Below are positions 27,923-52,486 of a stretch of 64,000 bases of DNA, one piece after another (the stretch's first letter is position 1; each line of letters begins with the position of its first letter). A program made the translations under genes and the position numbers. The notes under the pieces were generated by a model that was given only the letters and a program-made list of their open reading frames with translations, was not told the origin of the DNA and searched no databases. The DNA comes from the human T2T-CHM13v2.0 reference genome, Homo sapiens, in assembly GCF_009914755.1 (NCBI RefSeq), contig NC_060938.1; one strand, given 5' to 3'.

Positions 27923-29558
27923 GTAGTCTTTTTTTTTTTACCCCTCATTTAAAATACATATTTTACATATATATATATATTGCACATATAGTTTCTATTA
28001 GTGTAAGTTAACACTGTTATTTATATAAATATTTTAGATTTTAGAACCAAGGTTCTAGACTAAGCTTTCTCATAGACTCACAAGCTTCTAGGTTTTGTTT
28101 CCTGTGCAATAATGAAAATTACTGTTGCTTTTATTTCTCAGTGGGATTTTGTAAGATGATACATATTTAGTACTTTGAGCTCCTTGAAAAGCTAGGTGCT
28201 TGGCACATAGTAAGGTACTCATTAACAATTTTCTGTGAGATTGAATGAATAAGGAGTGCTTACATGGACTAGCATTGTGACTGTTTATATATTAACTATA
28301 CTTTGGAATTTGCTTGTTTAATAATTAAAAAATAGTTTCTAATTATTTAAAAGTATCAATTTAAAATGTGGGAAAAACTCAGTCTGAGGTTTGATTGCTT
28401 TAATTACCCTCAAGGGAGGACCAATTTTTTTTGTAAGATATATTTAATATTTCTGTCCATTGTTGAGTTAGGGTCTGCAGTGATCTCAAACTATTGCAAA
28501 CAGTTTAAATTTTTTCATAATAATTTTGGTTGAATTGGAATTAAGCTTCTAAGGTACTGAAAAATCTATATATAGGTAGAATTCCATTTTAATAACCTTG
28601 GAAAGTTATAAAAATCACTTTTGAGAGTAAAATTTCATTAAAATGAAAGTCTGTTTCTACATTTAAAAAATATTAGATTATTACGAATTTCAGGTAGTAA
28701 CAAAGTTTGGATTGGGGTGAAGTATATAGAAGGATTTCTTTTTGTCTGAATCCAACACAAAATTTCAAGAAGGGTAACTAATGCTTTGATCTTTTCTTGT
28801 AGCTGGTTTGAATATTATACCAGCTACACTCATGTTTTAAATTTAACATGTTTTAAAAATGTTATTTTGGTGGTTTTTGTTTGTATTTTGTTTTTGATTT
28901 TTGACTTTGGAAACAAAACCATTATTTGAGAGTGGTGAAGTTTGTAAAGTGGTAGGTGTCTTGGCTGTATAGATTATAGATAAAGTGATTTAGTTGATAA
29001 ATTAGTATTTGTAAGCTGACTTTTTACTGGTAATGAATCAAAAGTAAATTGTGATCTTGCTTCAGAGTATTTTATGCATTTTTCTCCTCTTCATAATCTG
29101 AGCATTATTTAAACAATTCATGGCCCAATACAGCCTATCTGGCCCTGATTTAAACTGAGTACTTCTATGTTGCAACTCTCACCAGCTGAAATGTCTGGGT
29201 GCATACTGCCAGTAAAAACAAACCAAAAAAAAATCTAACTTTATGCTCCTATAACTCTAAGATATATCTCCAATATCCTTTGCTTAATATAAATGATTAT
29301 TTATCATGATCTTTTTATTCCCAGTTCGTTGATGTTTTTATTGCTTAAAGTGTCTATTTGATAGACAAATATCGAAAACACCAGGGTCTGTATTTAATTC
29401 TGTTCTATATTAGCAAAATCAAAGGATACATTCAGGACATAGATTAAACTTAAATTGGCAATAGGATGACCTGATGGTAATTGTCGAAATGGGATTCTAA
29501 CTCTGTAGTGTAGCTAAGTGAAACTATGAATTTAAATATGCTGTTTTAATTATTCCAG

Positions 29559-29687
29559 AGCATTCCCCATATGGTCCCTCACCATTGGGTTGGCCTTCAT
29601 CTGAAACAAGAGCTTTTCTCTCTCCTCCAACTTTGTTGGAGGGTCCACTCAGACTCTCACCTTTGCTTCCAGGGGGAGGAGGAAGAG
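29559..29687 (+). CDS. MIA2: MIA2/CTAGE5 coding exon, 129 nt, start of proline-rich domain ([12 protein letters not shown]...LPGGGGR)
   Basis: attccag| and |gtatat; symmetric phase 1-1, so it can be skipped in frame. Confidence 0.97.
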
Positions 29688-29843
29688 GTATATTGTTTAA
29701 ACATCTTTATTACTCTAGATTTCTTCCTTACTTTATATTTTCATCTCAACTTACCTTAAAAATGATCTGTAAAATATTTGGAAAATACAGGCATTCCTTG
29801 CACTTACTGTAGATAACTTTTATTTGGAAAAGGAGCTCTATGA

Positions 29844-30247
<404 letters not shown>

Positions 30248-30352
30248 GATAACGTATCTTTTTAAACCATATTTTTGACTTCTTAAAAACTATATATTAC
30301 ATGATATAATATAAAATTTTGTAAGACTGCATGAAATATAATAACAGTATAA

Positions 30353-30697
<345 letters not shown>

Positions 30698-30890
30698 TAA
30701 AATTATATTTTGATGAAGCATTAGAATTTGGAATTAAAAAAATTTACATTAGTATCATGATCTTTTTATTGTAGAAAATTAGAAAGTGAAATAATCTTTT
30801 TATAGACTCAAGGAAATCAGTAGTGCTCTTGTAGGCAGATTTTTGATGGGAACCTTTACTGTGGTCTGCATCATTTGTTAACACACTGGG

Positions 30891-31223
<333 letters not shown>

Positions 31224-33232
31224 TTACCCCCTTATAGGTACCTCAGGCCTAATCTTAGCTATTCTACATTTATCTCATCAGCATCACCCTGGTGTTACAA
31301 AAGGCCCTAGTACCTTTGAAAACTCCTGTGTACCTGGAGTTTTCCTTTTTTGATCTCTCACCATACTTTCTTTGTCAAGTTCCTTTAAAGTTTTATCTTA
31401 ATTTGTGGCGAAATTCAAAGATATAGGGCCTTATTTATTTCAAAATCAAAAGTCTTACATTTTCAGTTCCAAGTATGTGTTTTATAAGAGCTGATGGCAT
31501 TCTTCACCAGTGAAACATTCCCACCCTTTGTATCAGTGATTTTAACAGATTGAATTTGAGATAGGAACATAAAGTAATGAATCTAAATAAAAACACCAAA
31601 TTAAATCCAACAAATCAAAGTTCATATACTCAGATGGGTATTACTCATCTAAATAGTATCTCAGGAAGTCTGTGTACTTGTTAGTTGAAGCTGCCATTAC
31701 TCCACATATTTTTGGAACTCTTCCTTTGGAATTGCTTTCAAATAATATGAGAAAATCAACTTACTACTGTATGGTCATGAGATATTCTCCCTTTGCCCAT
31801 ATCCTGTTTGTATCCTCTTTCTCCACCCTCATTTTGCTTCACTTAGAACTGTTCCTGTCCACCTCCCAGTCCCCCCAGTAGATTGGGCCACAGCCTGGGG
31901 TCCCTACAGAGCCTCTGCTTGTGTTGATTTTGAACTGGAAGCTCCTAGGGAAAGGGACTGCCCTATAGACTGATACTTAGAGCCTTAGGGAGGCTTTGCA
32001 TTGAGCACTTCAGGAAAGAGACTGATTTTGACATTGACATGTCTGCTGCAAGCTTATGACTTAGTTCTCTAAGTCCACCCCCACCCCTCCATTTTTTACC
32101 TTGGCTTACACTAAGAAATGTATTTTGTATCATGTCATATTGTACACTAACATAAACATGATTGAAATATAATTGAAACCGCTACATGAAATAGTACTTG
32201 CCATTACAGTTTTGATGCTTTCTATTCAATTTTATCCCGTTTCATTAATTTAATCTTAATTAGCATTATTTTTTAAACTTCACACATCACAAATGAGTAG
32301 GAGCTAGCAGTCTGAAAAAACAGTGCCCTAGAAATAAGGGTATAATTGGCTAAACTGCAAATATGAGTCACTGGAAATTGAATTACATAAGTCAAGGATT
32401 GCTTGTAGTCAATTGAATATTTGGAATGATTAAAATTTACATTTGATTTCTCCTCTTCTATTTCCTCTCCTATTTAATTTAAAGATACAGTGTGTTTAGA
32501 TTATCTGCAAGGGTGTTTTACCATTTGTTTAAAAAGCTACAGAAGTTCTAGGTAAGTTGTCATCGGGTCTTACAGAGTTGATCCGAACTAAAAGTTTCTA
32601 TGATCCACCAAAGGAGGATGGAGAGTACCTGTTGTTTTTCCTTACTTTTATTATCTTTTTAATTTGAAGTTTGGATGAGTGGTATATTTGAATAATACTG
32701 AGTACAAGTAAAACAATTTCTTCTTAGAGTAAATTGTATGTAACTGGGTTTGAATAGAAAACTTTAACCATTAGAACTTTTAGGTTTGTAATATTCACTG
32801 GGTAGTCAGTTGGCCTGTAGCTTTGGTCTTCTGGAAGTAAGCAATCAGGAAGGAAAGCCTCTGAATGTCTCCTTTAAATCTCTGTGCTTCATTCCAGATG
32901 AACTCAGCCTAAATGACGACTTGCACATTTTCTGCTTTCCCAGCCTTCTTCTTCTAATGAGCTAATTATTAGGATGAAGAAGCGAGAAGGAAAGATTTGG
33001 GGAACTTAATAGAATGTATACTAATAAGGAAAAATGATAGTTTACCTCCTGATGTAAAAGCCAGTTGATCTGATTCTACTAAAGGGAGTAGATGGAAAAT
33101 TTGTTTTAAAGATTACTATATATTAAATGTGAATGCTTATGCTGATTTGTACAAGTTACCAAGAAAAGTTAAAATTAATTTTGTTCTCTTAAAGGAGGTA
33201 CTGAAATAGAGTAAGCATTTTTGTTAGACTTC

Positions 33233-33539
<307 letters not shown>

Positions 33540-33571
33540 TAGTTAGGCTTCTATTGAAAAAAAATTGTTCA

Positions 33572-33868
33572 CTGGGTGCAGTGGCTTACAACTATAATCC
33601 TAGTACTTTGGGAGGTCAAGGTGGTGGGATTGTTTGAGCCCAGGAGTTCAAGACCAGCCTGGGCAACATGGCAAAACCCTGTATCTACAAAAAATACAAC
33701 AATTAACAAAGCGTGGTGGCACATGCCTGTTGTCCCAGCTACTTGTAAGGCTGAGGTGGGAGAATTGCTTGAGCCTAGGAGGCGGAGGTTGCAGTGAGCT
33801 GAGAATCGCACCACTGCACTCCAGTCTGGGTAACAGAGTGAGTGAGACCTTGTCTCCAAAAAAAAAAA
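33572..33868 (+). mobile_element. Alu (AluJ-like)
   Basis: Sense Alu. Confidence 0.88.
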
Positions 33869-33987
33869 TTTTTTTAAGCTGTTCCTTGAGAATAATAAGC
33901 TTTTGTTTTCTGGACAATATGATTTTGAGAAGACCCCCCTTTTCCCTCTCAATGACAGATAAATGAGGTATTAATATATTTTATTGA

Positions 33988-34657
<670 letters not shown>

Positions 34658-35491
34658 TAATTAAGGTACTATCTTTTCTGTGGTCGTAAGAAGGGAACTT
34701 TAAAATTACTCCTGTTTGTAAATGTAAATATACTAGATTTTCTTATCCAAAAGAATGTTAGCTCATTTAAAGTGATTATTTCAACAGTGCTGTTGTTTTT
34801 GAAACTATCGTTTTAGACTTGTCTTCAGAACTTATGAATTCTTCTTTTGAATGTGAATTTGATATTTAGAAATCACTAAAAGCCATCTAGTGCCAGTTTA
34901 TCTGTTGTACATAATGTTTTAAATCAGGCTATTTAAAATCATTTTGGGGCAGAAGTATTTATCTTTTTTATCTTCTCATTGACTCGTAACACTATTCAGT
35001 GAATTTGGGCAGAAGTAGAGAGTCATGTTTTAACTTTGAGATGCAGTTTTTTACATGGCTCTTAAGTTAAACTGAGTACATTTCCAAAAGAGTTTTTCTG
35101 AAAAATACTTTAGTAGCAAAATTAGTAGAATAGATATAGAACTGCTAAGATGACTGTTTTAAAGGAATCATGCTCATTTGGACTATTGATATATTAGTTT
35201 AAGCAACAAAATCATTTATGTTTTTTATTTAATCATTTATTATATTTTATATTTATTTTAAATATTTTATATTTATTTTATATTATATTTTTTATTTAAT
35301 CAGTTCTTATAATTACTTTATAATTATCCTGTTACATCAGGCATAGGAATCATAGCAATTTACTTTCTACACTGTTATTTTTCAGACTTTGTATTTATAA
35401 TTTATGATTTAACCACTGATTTTATGTGTAAAACAAGTATATAAGACTTTTTAAGATGAAACAGATTTGTATGTTTTTTTTCTTTAATTAG

Positions 35492-35650
35492 GCTCACGAG
35501 GCCCAGGGAATCCTCTGGACCATCAGATTACCAATGAAAGAGGAGAATCAAGCTGTGATAGGTTAACCGATCCTCATAGGGCTCCCTCTGACACTGGGTC
35601 TCTGTCACCTCCATGGGACCAGGACCGTAGGATGATGTTTCCTCCGCCAG
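35492..35650 (+). CDS. MIA2: MIA2/CTAGE5 coding exon, 159 nt ([12 protein letters not shown]...RRMMFPPP)
   Basis: taattag| and |gtatgt; phase 1-1. Confidence 0.97.
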
Positions 35651-36199
35651 GTATGTAAAGACAATAGTTATTATTTCTCTTTGAAAGGCAGCTGGGATGT
35701 GGAATACACAGGAATGGAAGAAGGGAGGAGTATATGTTTGTTCTCTCTTAAGAAAAATCATCGTACATTTTTGAAAACAACAATGATAAATAATCTAAAC
35801 AGAATGATTTGAGATAATTGTTCATATTATAGAAAGCTGTTTTCTCCCTAAATGGAATGTTTTTATTGTTTTTGTTGCTTGTAGAGGTAATAATGCATGT
35901 TTACTTTAGAAAATCCAAACAACACAGAAATGTGTAAAGAAGTGAAAAATCCCTTTTGTCATCTTAGCGTGTCCTTCCCAGAATTTAGTTGTAGGTATAT
36001 ATCTTTTAGAGATTTTTTTGGGTATACATTTATACACATAGCTGTTCAAATTCTTTTAATCACTCTGTGCAGTTGTACCATTCATCCTCTTTTGTAATTG
36101 TCTTTTTTCACTGACCATTTTATCTCACCAAAATAAATATATTTACCAGAAGAGTCACAGCAGAATATCTTGAAATAAGATAATAACTGCCATTCAACA

Positions 36200-41511
<5,312 letters not shown>

Positions 41512-42811
41512 ACAATTTCTTGTGATCTATCTTCAGGTTTACTGACTCTTTCCTTGTCATCTCCATTCTGTTATTAAGCTTATCTAGTAAAAGTTTTATT
41601 TTAGATATATTTTTCAGGTCTAAAATTACCATTTGGTTCCTTTTTATAATTTGATTTATCTGCTGAGTTTTTTATCTTTTTATTCATTATAAGCATTTTT
41701 TTTAAACCATTGAGTATATTAGTTTTATAATAACTGCTTTAAAGTCATTGTATGGTAATTCTAACATCAGGGTCATCTTGAGGTTGGCCTCTAGTGATGA
41801 TATTTTCCCTTAAGGATGGGTCACATTCTCTTTCTTGATGAGTTTGTATTGGATACTAGACATTGTGGCAATTCTGGATTCTATTCTATTCCTCTAAGAG
41901 TGTTACTGGTCTTGCTGTAGAAGACCATTAACTTGGATGGGCTCAGACTGCAGCCTTTTCCCTTCTGTGGTGGGGAACAGCTCAAATATTAGTTCAGTTA
42001 TTTTTGCCTTAGCTGAAAACTGCTTAAATTTGCCATACACATGTGTTGCTCTGGAGTCAGCCATAGACTTGGGCAGAGATTGTACCCAGAATATTGGGCT
42101 CTACCTTTGCGGCTTTCTCCTTTCTAGGATATCCCAATCCCATTGCCTCAGGCTTGGGCTCTGTGTACTTGTTCTTCAGGCAAGAAAGTTTTATCGAGTT
42201 TTGACTGCTGTGTGCTGCAACTCACTGTGGTCTTCTATCAGGCTAAAACATAAAAATGGAAAACTCACCCCATACCCGGTTGTTACTCCTTTCTTCTTCC
42301 AAGCTCTCTCTTCTTTTCTAAGTCCTCCTGCTTTTGTTGATGCTTAAGCGCTTCAGGCAGTTATTTTTTTGCATATTGTCTGGAGTTTATACTTATGTGT
42401 AGGAGAGTCAGTCTGAATTTACTCTACCATACTAGAAATGGAACCTGGTCTCCGTACTTTTCAATCATTTGTGAGCTTCTAAATTGATACCTTCATAGAA
42501 GAGATATGGTCCATTCTACAGAGTATCTCCAAATAATGAACCTGATCCCTGTGGTTTGACAGAGGGCCAACCTGTGTCAACTATAATCTCAATGTCATAG
42601 ACAAGGGTAATTCTACAGACACAGTAAAGGAATTTTCAGTATTGTTCCAAAATTTATGATGAGTGAGAAGGGCTAAATGACTCCTGAGGCTCTAGCATGA
42701 ATTAGAGTAATGCTGATAAATGTATTTCTCAGTTAGCTTCATTCCTACCTAAAGTTAAAAAATATTCTATGTTTGCTCTTGGTATATTGGTACATGCCAT
42801 TTAAATAGTCA

Positions 42812-43132
<321 letters not shown>

Positions 43133-43198
43133 TCAGGGTTCTTTTCTTTTATGTTGTGTTTCAGTTAACGAAATGATAATGAATGAGGGGACTTAGGC

Positions 43199-43492
<294 letters not shown>

Positions 43493-43592
43493 TAGGCTTT
43501 TTAAACCTTATCATTGCTATTACTTTTTTGTGTAACCTTGAGCAATAAATTTTACCTGTCATGGTTTTCTCTCTTTCAAAATATGGTCTTCT

Positions 43593-43727
43593 GGCTGGGT
43601 GCAGTGGCTCATGCCTGTAATCCTAGCACTTTGGGAGGATGAGGTAGGAGGATTGCTTGAGGCCAGGAGTTCTGGAGCAAGCTGGCCAAAATAGTGAGAT
43701 TCTGTCTCCACAAAAAAACAAACAAAA
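43593..43727 (+). mobile_element. Alu monomer (FLAM-like)
   Basis: Left-arm only, followed by an A-rich tail. Confidence 0.75.
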
Positions 43728-44239
43728 TAGTGACTTCTGTAAAACAGAGATGGTGATATTCTAAAGTAATCTGCCTCTCTTTTATGTAAGGTTGACTTAT
43801 TGGGACTCATGAAGAGTCCTTCTCACTAATAATTGTCTTTAAGATTTTTCTTAAATTTTAAAATATTTTAGTTTAAAATACTTATGTTAAAAAAATATGA
43901 CAACTAAAATAACTAAGTTTCTGAAGAATATGGATTCTGCATTTGAGATTATCTGTCATTTAGTCTGTTAGGCATAATTTATAAAATGTATATATTTTCT
44001 TAACATGTTTCTACTTGGAAGAAGTGTTTTAGATTTCCATTGACTTAAGATGAGTTAGCAGAAATGATTTTAAATAGTTCCATATTTACAAGGAATCATT
44101 TATTTTTGCACCGTTAAATACTTTGAAAAAGGAGAAAACTTTACTTAGCTTATATAGTCAGAAAAAACTGCTCTAACTTATCTCTTTTCTCATATGCCCT
44201 ATTCCAGACATTCTTTTAAAAAATGTTTTAATAATGTTA

Positions 44240-44955
44240 TCTTTTATTTGAGATTCACAGGGTACATGTGCAGGTTTGTTACATGGGTATATTGCATGAT
44301 ACTGAAGTTTGGGGCGTGACTGAATTCATCACCCAGAAAGTGAGCATAGTACCCACAGTTTTTCAGCCCTTGCCTCCCTTTGTCTCTCCTCGCTCTACTC
44401 TGGTAGTCCCCAGTGTCTCTTGTTATCATCTTTATATCCATGTGTACCCAGTGTTTAGCTACCACTTACAAGTAAGAATGTGTTAGTTTTATATTTCTGC
44501 ATTAATTCACTTAGGATAATGGCTTCCAGCTGCATCCATGTTGTTGCAAAGGACATAATTTTATTCTTTCTTATGGCTGTGTAGTATTCTATGGTGTATA
44601 TGTACTGCATTTTCTTTATCCAGTCCACCGTTGGTGGGTATCTGGGTTGATTTCATGTCTTTGCTGTTGTGAATAGTGTTACGATAAACATGAGTGCTTG
44701 TGCCTTTTTTGTAGAACGACTTAGTTTCTTTTGGATATATACCCAGTAATGGGATTGCTGGGTCAAATGGTAGTTCTGTTTTAAGTTCTTTGAGAAATCT
44801 TCAAACTGATTTCCACAGTGGCCTAATAATTTACATTCCCTCCAACAGTGTATAAGCATTCCCTTTTCTCTACAACCTTGGCAACATCTGTTATTTTGAC
44901 TTTTTAATAGTAGCCATTCTGACTAGTGTGAGGTGGAATCTCATTGTGGTTTTGA
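44240..44955 (-). mobile_element. L1PB/L1MA 3' end
   Basis: gggtacatgtgcaggtttgttacatggg 3'UTR plus ORF2 C-terminus. Confidence 0.85.
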
Positions 44956-45381
44956 TCCAAACATTCTTATTACTTAAAGGTTTTATTAGCAAGTATACAC
45001 CTAGTTTCTTCAAGTAATCAACACTTTATTCTCATTATTTTCAGTAGCAGACTCAATCTTATAAACTAATAAGGATTTTAAAACTTTTAAGTTTTCTTTT
45101 AAAACTCTGTGGTTATTAAAGGTTAGTACACAAATTTGGCTACCTTATTAGGAAAGAGCTAATTCTGCTGAAGCATAGTATGTGTACAAAGTTTTGTACA
45201 GTGTTGAACAGTCTACAATGTATCTGTTCATCTAACATTCTTATATGTGCTTTTAATTAGTTTGCATGTTTAGAACAAGACTGGCTTAGGTGAAAAAGCA
45301 TTTGGACTGGAAATCAAGAAATTTGCTTTCTGGTTTTCACTCCTTTATCTTTTAGTGTGATTTTAAAAATTTATTAAAAAA

Positions 45382-45680
45382 TTTTTTTAGAGACAGGTTC
45401 TCACTTTGTCACCCAGCTAGAGTGCTGTGGTGTGATTATAGCTCACTGTAGCCTTGAACTCCTGATCTCAAGCAATCCTCCCCTCTCAGCCTCCCAAGTA
45501 ACTGGGACTGTAAGCACATGCCACAATGCCTGGGTAATTTTTATTTTATTTTAAATTGTTTTTGGAGACAGGTTTTTGCTGTGTTACCCAGTCTGGTGTC
45601 AAACTCTTGGCCTCAGGTGGTCCTCCCTCCTCAGCCTCCTGAATAGTGGGGGATTACAGGCACGAGCCATCGTGCCTGGC
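45382..45680 (-). mobile_element. Alu (AluJ-like)
   Basis: Diverged antisense Alu. Confidence 0.85.
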
Positions 45681-45759
45681 TTTTAGTGTGATTTTTAAAA
45701 CTTGTTTCATTTCTTTGGACCTTATATATTATATAGTGACATAACCATATAACTCCATA

Positions 45760-46995
<1,236 letters not shown>

Positions 46996-47584
46996 AAAAT
47001 CTTATTGTATATCATACACATACAGGGAAGTACAAATATTAAGCATATAATGTGATTTTTTTTCACAATTTGAGCACAGTGATATAACTAACACTCAGAT
47101 AAAGGGATAGTTTTCAGTTTGGTTTTTCATAAGTTTAATTAGAAAACTTATTTATAATTTTAGCAGAAAAAATGTTCTTGAATAATGTAAGTGAGTTGAT
47201 AATATTCACATATCATATAGTAATCACAATTAAAATTTTAACAGAAATATGTCCTGGGAATAACCAGTTCATTATAAATTCTTTATAAATACTAACCTGC
47301 AACAAAAATTTATCAATGTGACTTACCTTGCTCAGCGCTTCAGTTGTTAAGAAAAAACACAAAAGTGTTTTCATATTTAGAATGAGAACATTACAGATCA
47401 AAGAGACTTGGTAAGAAAGTAGTTTAAATTGTCCATGTAATTCTTTTGCCAGGGTTAACTGTAACAAAGGTGATTCTCATAAAAACTTTCAAGTTGTATG
47501 TGTTGGCTTGTTTTGTCTTCACTTTTAGAAATGAAAGTGAGGTATCATAATTTATTAAGTAGATAATGTCACTATCCTGTAGAT

Positions 47585-47919
47585 CAGCAGTCCCTAACCT
47601 TTTTGGCATCAGGGACTGGTTTCATGGAGCCCAGTTTTTCCATGGAGGTTGCAGGGAGGAGGATGGTTTCGGGATGAAAGTGTTCACTTCAGATCATCAG
47701 GCATTAGTTAGATTCTCATAAGGAATGCACAAGCTAGATCCCTCACATGCGCAGTTCACAGTAGGGTTTGCGCTTCTATGAGAATAGAATGCCTCAGCTG
47801 ACAGGAGGTGGAGCTTAGGTGGTAATGCTCGCTTGCCCTCCTCACCTCCTGCTGTGCAAACAGTTCCTAACAGCCCGCGGAAAGGTACTGGCCCGCAGCC
47901 CAGGGGTTAGGGACCCCTG
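47585..47919. mobile_element. hAT-Charlie MITE, MER1B-like, with 8-bp TSD
   Basis: TIRs cagcagtccctaacc / ggttagggacccctg; TSD ctgtagat at 47577-47584 and 47920-47927. Confidence 0.88.
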
Positions 47920-48293
47920 CTGTAGATGACTACATACATTTATTTATTTATTTCCCTGTCTTATGGTGCTGATTGATAACTACTTCTACTGTAGCTCAGG
48001 TTGGGATATATAGTTTGAAAATTGTTGGCATATATTTAGATAGAGAGATACAGTGGGTTAGTAGCTTTCACAAGGAGAAGGAATTAAAATGTTAACTCTA
48101 TATTTTTTGTTCTAAATATATTTTTAGGATCTATGTGCTATAGTTTGTTTCATTTTTACAAGAATTTCTACTGAACATCTTATTCAAGATGTTGGGATAA
48201 AAGATAAATTATTAAAAAGGTGTAGTTATGTATTTCAATGATGAGTTAATATAATGAAATGAATGTAATACTGAAACAGATCTTTTTCTACAA

Positions 48294-48460
48294 CAGCTCT
48301 GTCCAATAGAGCTTTCTGTAATAATAGAAATGTTTTATATCTATACTGTCCAGTACAGTAGCCACTAGGCACATGTGGCTAGTAAATACCTAATGTGTCT
48401 AGTACAACTTGAGAAACAGAATTTTTAATCTTATTGAATTTTGTCAGTTAAAATTTATTT
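48294..48460. mobile_element. hAT MITE, MER3-like
   Basis: ctgtccaatagagctttctg...gtagccactaggcacatgtggcta. Confidence 0.7.
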
Positions 48461-48474
48461 AATTTTCTTTATTA

Positions 48475-48891
<417 letters not shown>

Positions 48892-49481
48892 TAAGCATAG
48901 CAAAGAGACTAAGCAACCATACCTTGGTGGTGTAATCATGAGTTAAGTGTGGTTGCTAGCCTGGCATGTTTAAAAACTCTTTTTCTTAAAGAGCTGAACA
49001 AATAAGAGACATATAGTGTACAGCTAAATTGATGAGAACAGTTTTGACTCTTTCCTTGGGAAACAAAAGTGTGCTAAGCAGATCAAAATACCTTGGATAG
49101 CTTTGAATGCATAGGCGTAGATTTTTACTTCACTGACTCTGATTCATAGACATTTATGCTGACCATTGTCCTACATTCTGAACAGTTTTTTCAGACAAGA
49201 CTGATTTAGTAGAATTATAGTTTGTCTTAAGGCTCATTTTGATCTCTTTGATGAAAACTTGTGGTCTTCCCAAACTTAATAAGGTGTTCTGAAGTCGTGG
49301 TATATATGCTTTTATCCTCTCAGAGGATGATATTTACTTAAAGTTGTTCCTAAATTTTAGGCTACCAGTTTTTTAGGAATATATATATCTTAATCACTTA
49401 TGTCTTATATAATGATCCTTTATAAATTCTAATGATTATTCAGTTGATAAATTGCCACTGTATGTGTTTTTATAAACTTTA

Positions 49482-50051
<570 letters not shown>

Positions 50052-50639
50052 TTATAAAAGTGAAACCCTGGAATATTAAGCACAAAAGATGCTATCCAGA
50101 GTGTAATTGCAGAAATTGTGGTAGCTGGGTCAATTTATCCATTCTAAAAAGAAGGAAGGCAGAGCAAGTGAGTACAGATGTAGCTGTTGGGTGGAGGGTA
50201 AGTGGAGGTGTCCAGTTGTTTCAATTTTCTTGTTGTGGCAAGATCATCAGCTGAAGCAGGTGGTAGAGGAGAGGACTGTCAGATCTGAAGAGAAAAAAAG
50301 GTATGCAGTAGCTATTTAGGAGAGTGGAAGAACTCAAACATTAGTAAAGTGTAGTATGATTATAGGGCATTGTTGAGCATCAGTTTGAAATTTATGGTCA
50401 TAAATTTGAATGAAAAGCAGTCAATACTATATTTTTAATATAGTTTATAATCATAACAAGCTTAATTTATCATCAGATATTGATAAAGCTGTATATAGAA
50501 TGTATTTGTGTCAGACTAAATGCCTTTTATTAATCATTCTAACACTCTTAAGAGTGTTATTCTGTTATTCCCATTTTACAGATGAAGAAACAAAACCACA
50601 GAAAGGTTGGGTAACTTGGTGAACAACACAAATTGAGAT

Positions 50640-51233
50640 TTAAAAAAAAAATTTTATTATACTCTAAGTTTTAGGGTTCATGTGCACAACGTGCAGGTTT
50701 GTTACATATGTATACATGTGCCATGTTGGTGTGCTACACCCATTAACTAGTCATTTAGCATTAGGTATCTCTCCTAATGCTATCCCTCCCCCCTCCCCAC
50801 AACAGTCCCCGGTGTGTGATGTTCCCCTTCCTGTGTCCATGTGTTCTCATTGTTCAATTCCCACCTATGAGTGAGAACATGCAGTGTTTGGTTTTTTGTC
50901 CTTGCGATAGTTTGCTGAGAATGATGGTTTCCAGCTTCATCCATGTCCCTACAAAGGACATGAACTCATCATTTTTTATGGCTGCATAGTATTCCATGGT
51001 GTATATGTGCCACATTTTCTTAATCCAGTCTATCGTTGTTGGACATTTGGGTTGGTTCCAAGTCTTTGCTATTGTGAATAGTGCCTCAATAAACATATGT
51101 GTGCATGTGTCTTTATAGCAGCATGATTTATAATCCTTTGGGTATATACCCAGTAATGGGATGGCTGGATCAAATGGTAGTTCTAGTTCTAGATCCCTGA
51201 GGAATTGCCACACTGACTTCCACAATGGTTGAA
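50640..51233 (-). mobile_element. L1PA (PA3-5-like) 5'-truncated, ~590 bp
   Basis: Intact ORF2 C-terminus (...MFSLIGGN); TSD acaaattgagat at 50628-50639 and 51234-51245. Confidence 0.92.
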
Positions 51234-51775
51234 ACAAATTGAGATATTATAGCACAATCCTGGATATCACCCTTGAGAATTTACATATTAATATTTGCTT
51301 CAGATATATATGTGTTTGTGTGCGTAAATGTGTAAATAAGACATAAAAAGAAAAAGCACACTATTTACATGAATTGAACACTATTGCATTTCCTTTCCTG
51401 GGCATATTACCTTCCTCTCCTAGAAGCAGCTATTCATGAGTTTAGTGTGTGTAAACTTTCAGTTCTAATAATGATTAAAAAAAATTAAAGTTCTGTTTTA
51501 TCAGCTTTCCTTATCAGCCTTACCTACTTGAATTCTTTCCATGTTAGTATATAGAGAGTTTATCACCTTAATTGTGGTATGGTATTTCAGTGTATAAGAA
51601 ACCACAAAATGTTTAACCATTTCCTGTTGGTGAGCATTTAGAGTGTCTCCAATATCTCACCATTACTAACAGTGCTGCAGCTAGCACCCTTTTTGTACAT
51701 ATGTTCTTTCAAGATTGTCCAGGAATTGGAATTCCTAGGTAATAGGGTATGCACACTTTTGATCTTATTTTCAAT

Positions 51776-52123
<348 letters not shown>

Positions 52124-52404
52124 TGAAGTATATGAGAGTAGCTGATTTCTGCAGTATAATTCTTAGTTTGCAAAACTGCTTTAGAATGCCCAGTACACTT
52201 ATTCCCACTCCTTATTCATTTTTTTCTTATCTTTTTTTCTTCCATTCTTTCTTTCTAATCATGTCTTCTATTATAAGCGTAGAATACTATTATAGAAAAC
52301 AAAAGTTTGAAAGCAAAAAAGAAAGGGACCTTTCATGTCCTTACTTTCTGTAGTTCAGTTCAGTCTTTAATTGGTCATATGCTTTCCACATAGCTGTATC
52401 TTAT

Positions 52405-52486
52405 TATGTGTATATGTGTATGTGTATATGTGCATATGAGGGTGTGTGTATATGTGTGTATGTATGTGTGTATATGTATATGTGCA
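52405..52486. repeat. Degenerate (TG)/(TATG) tract
   Basis: Direct inspection. Confidence 0.85.

Noticed and set aside
41937-42347. 136-aa ORF
   Set aside because: It lies in diverged repeat-like intronic sequence, with no recognisable domain or splice context.
50640-51233. Second possible L1HS (has tactctaag)
   Set aside because: It lacks the ACA diagnostic and has older-type bases (cattaactagtcatttagc, cacaacgtg); the shared base is probably an independent mutation.
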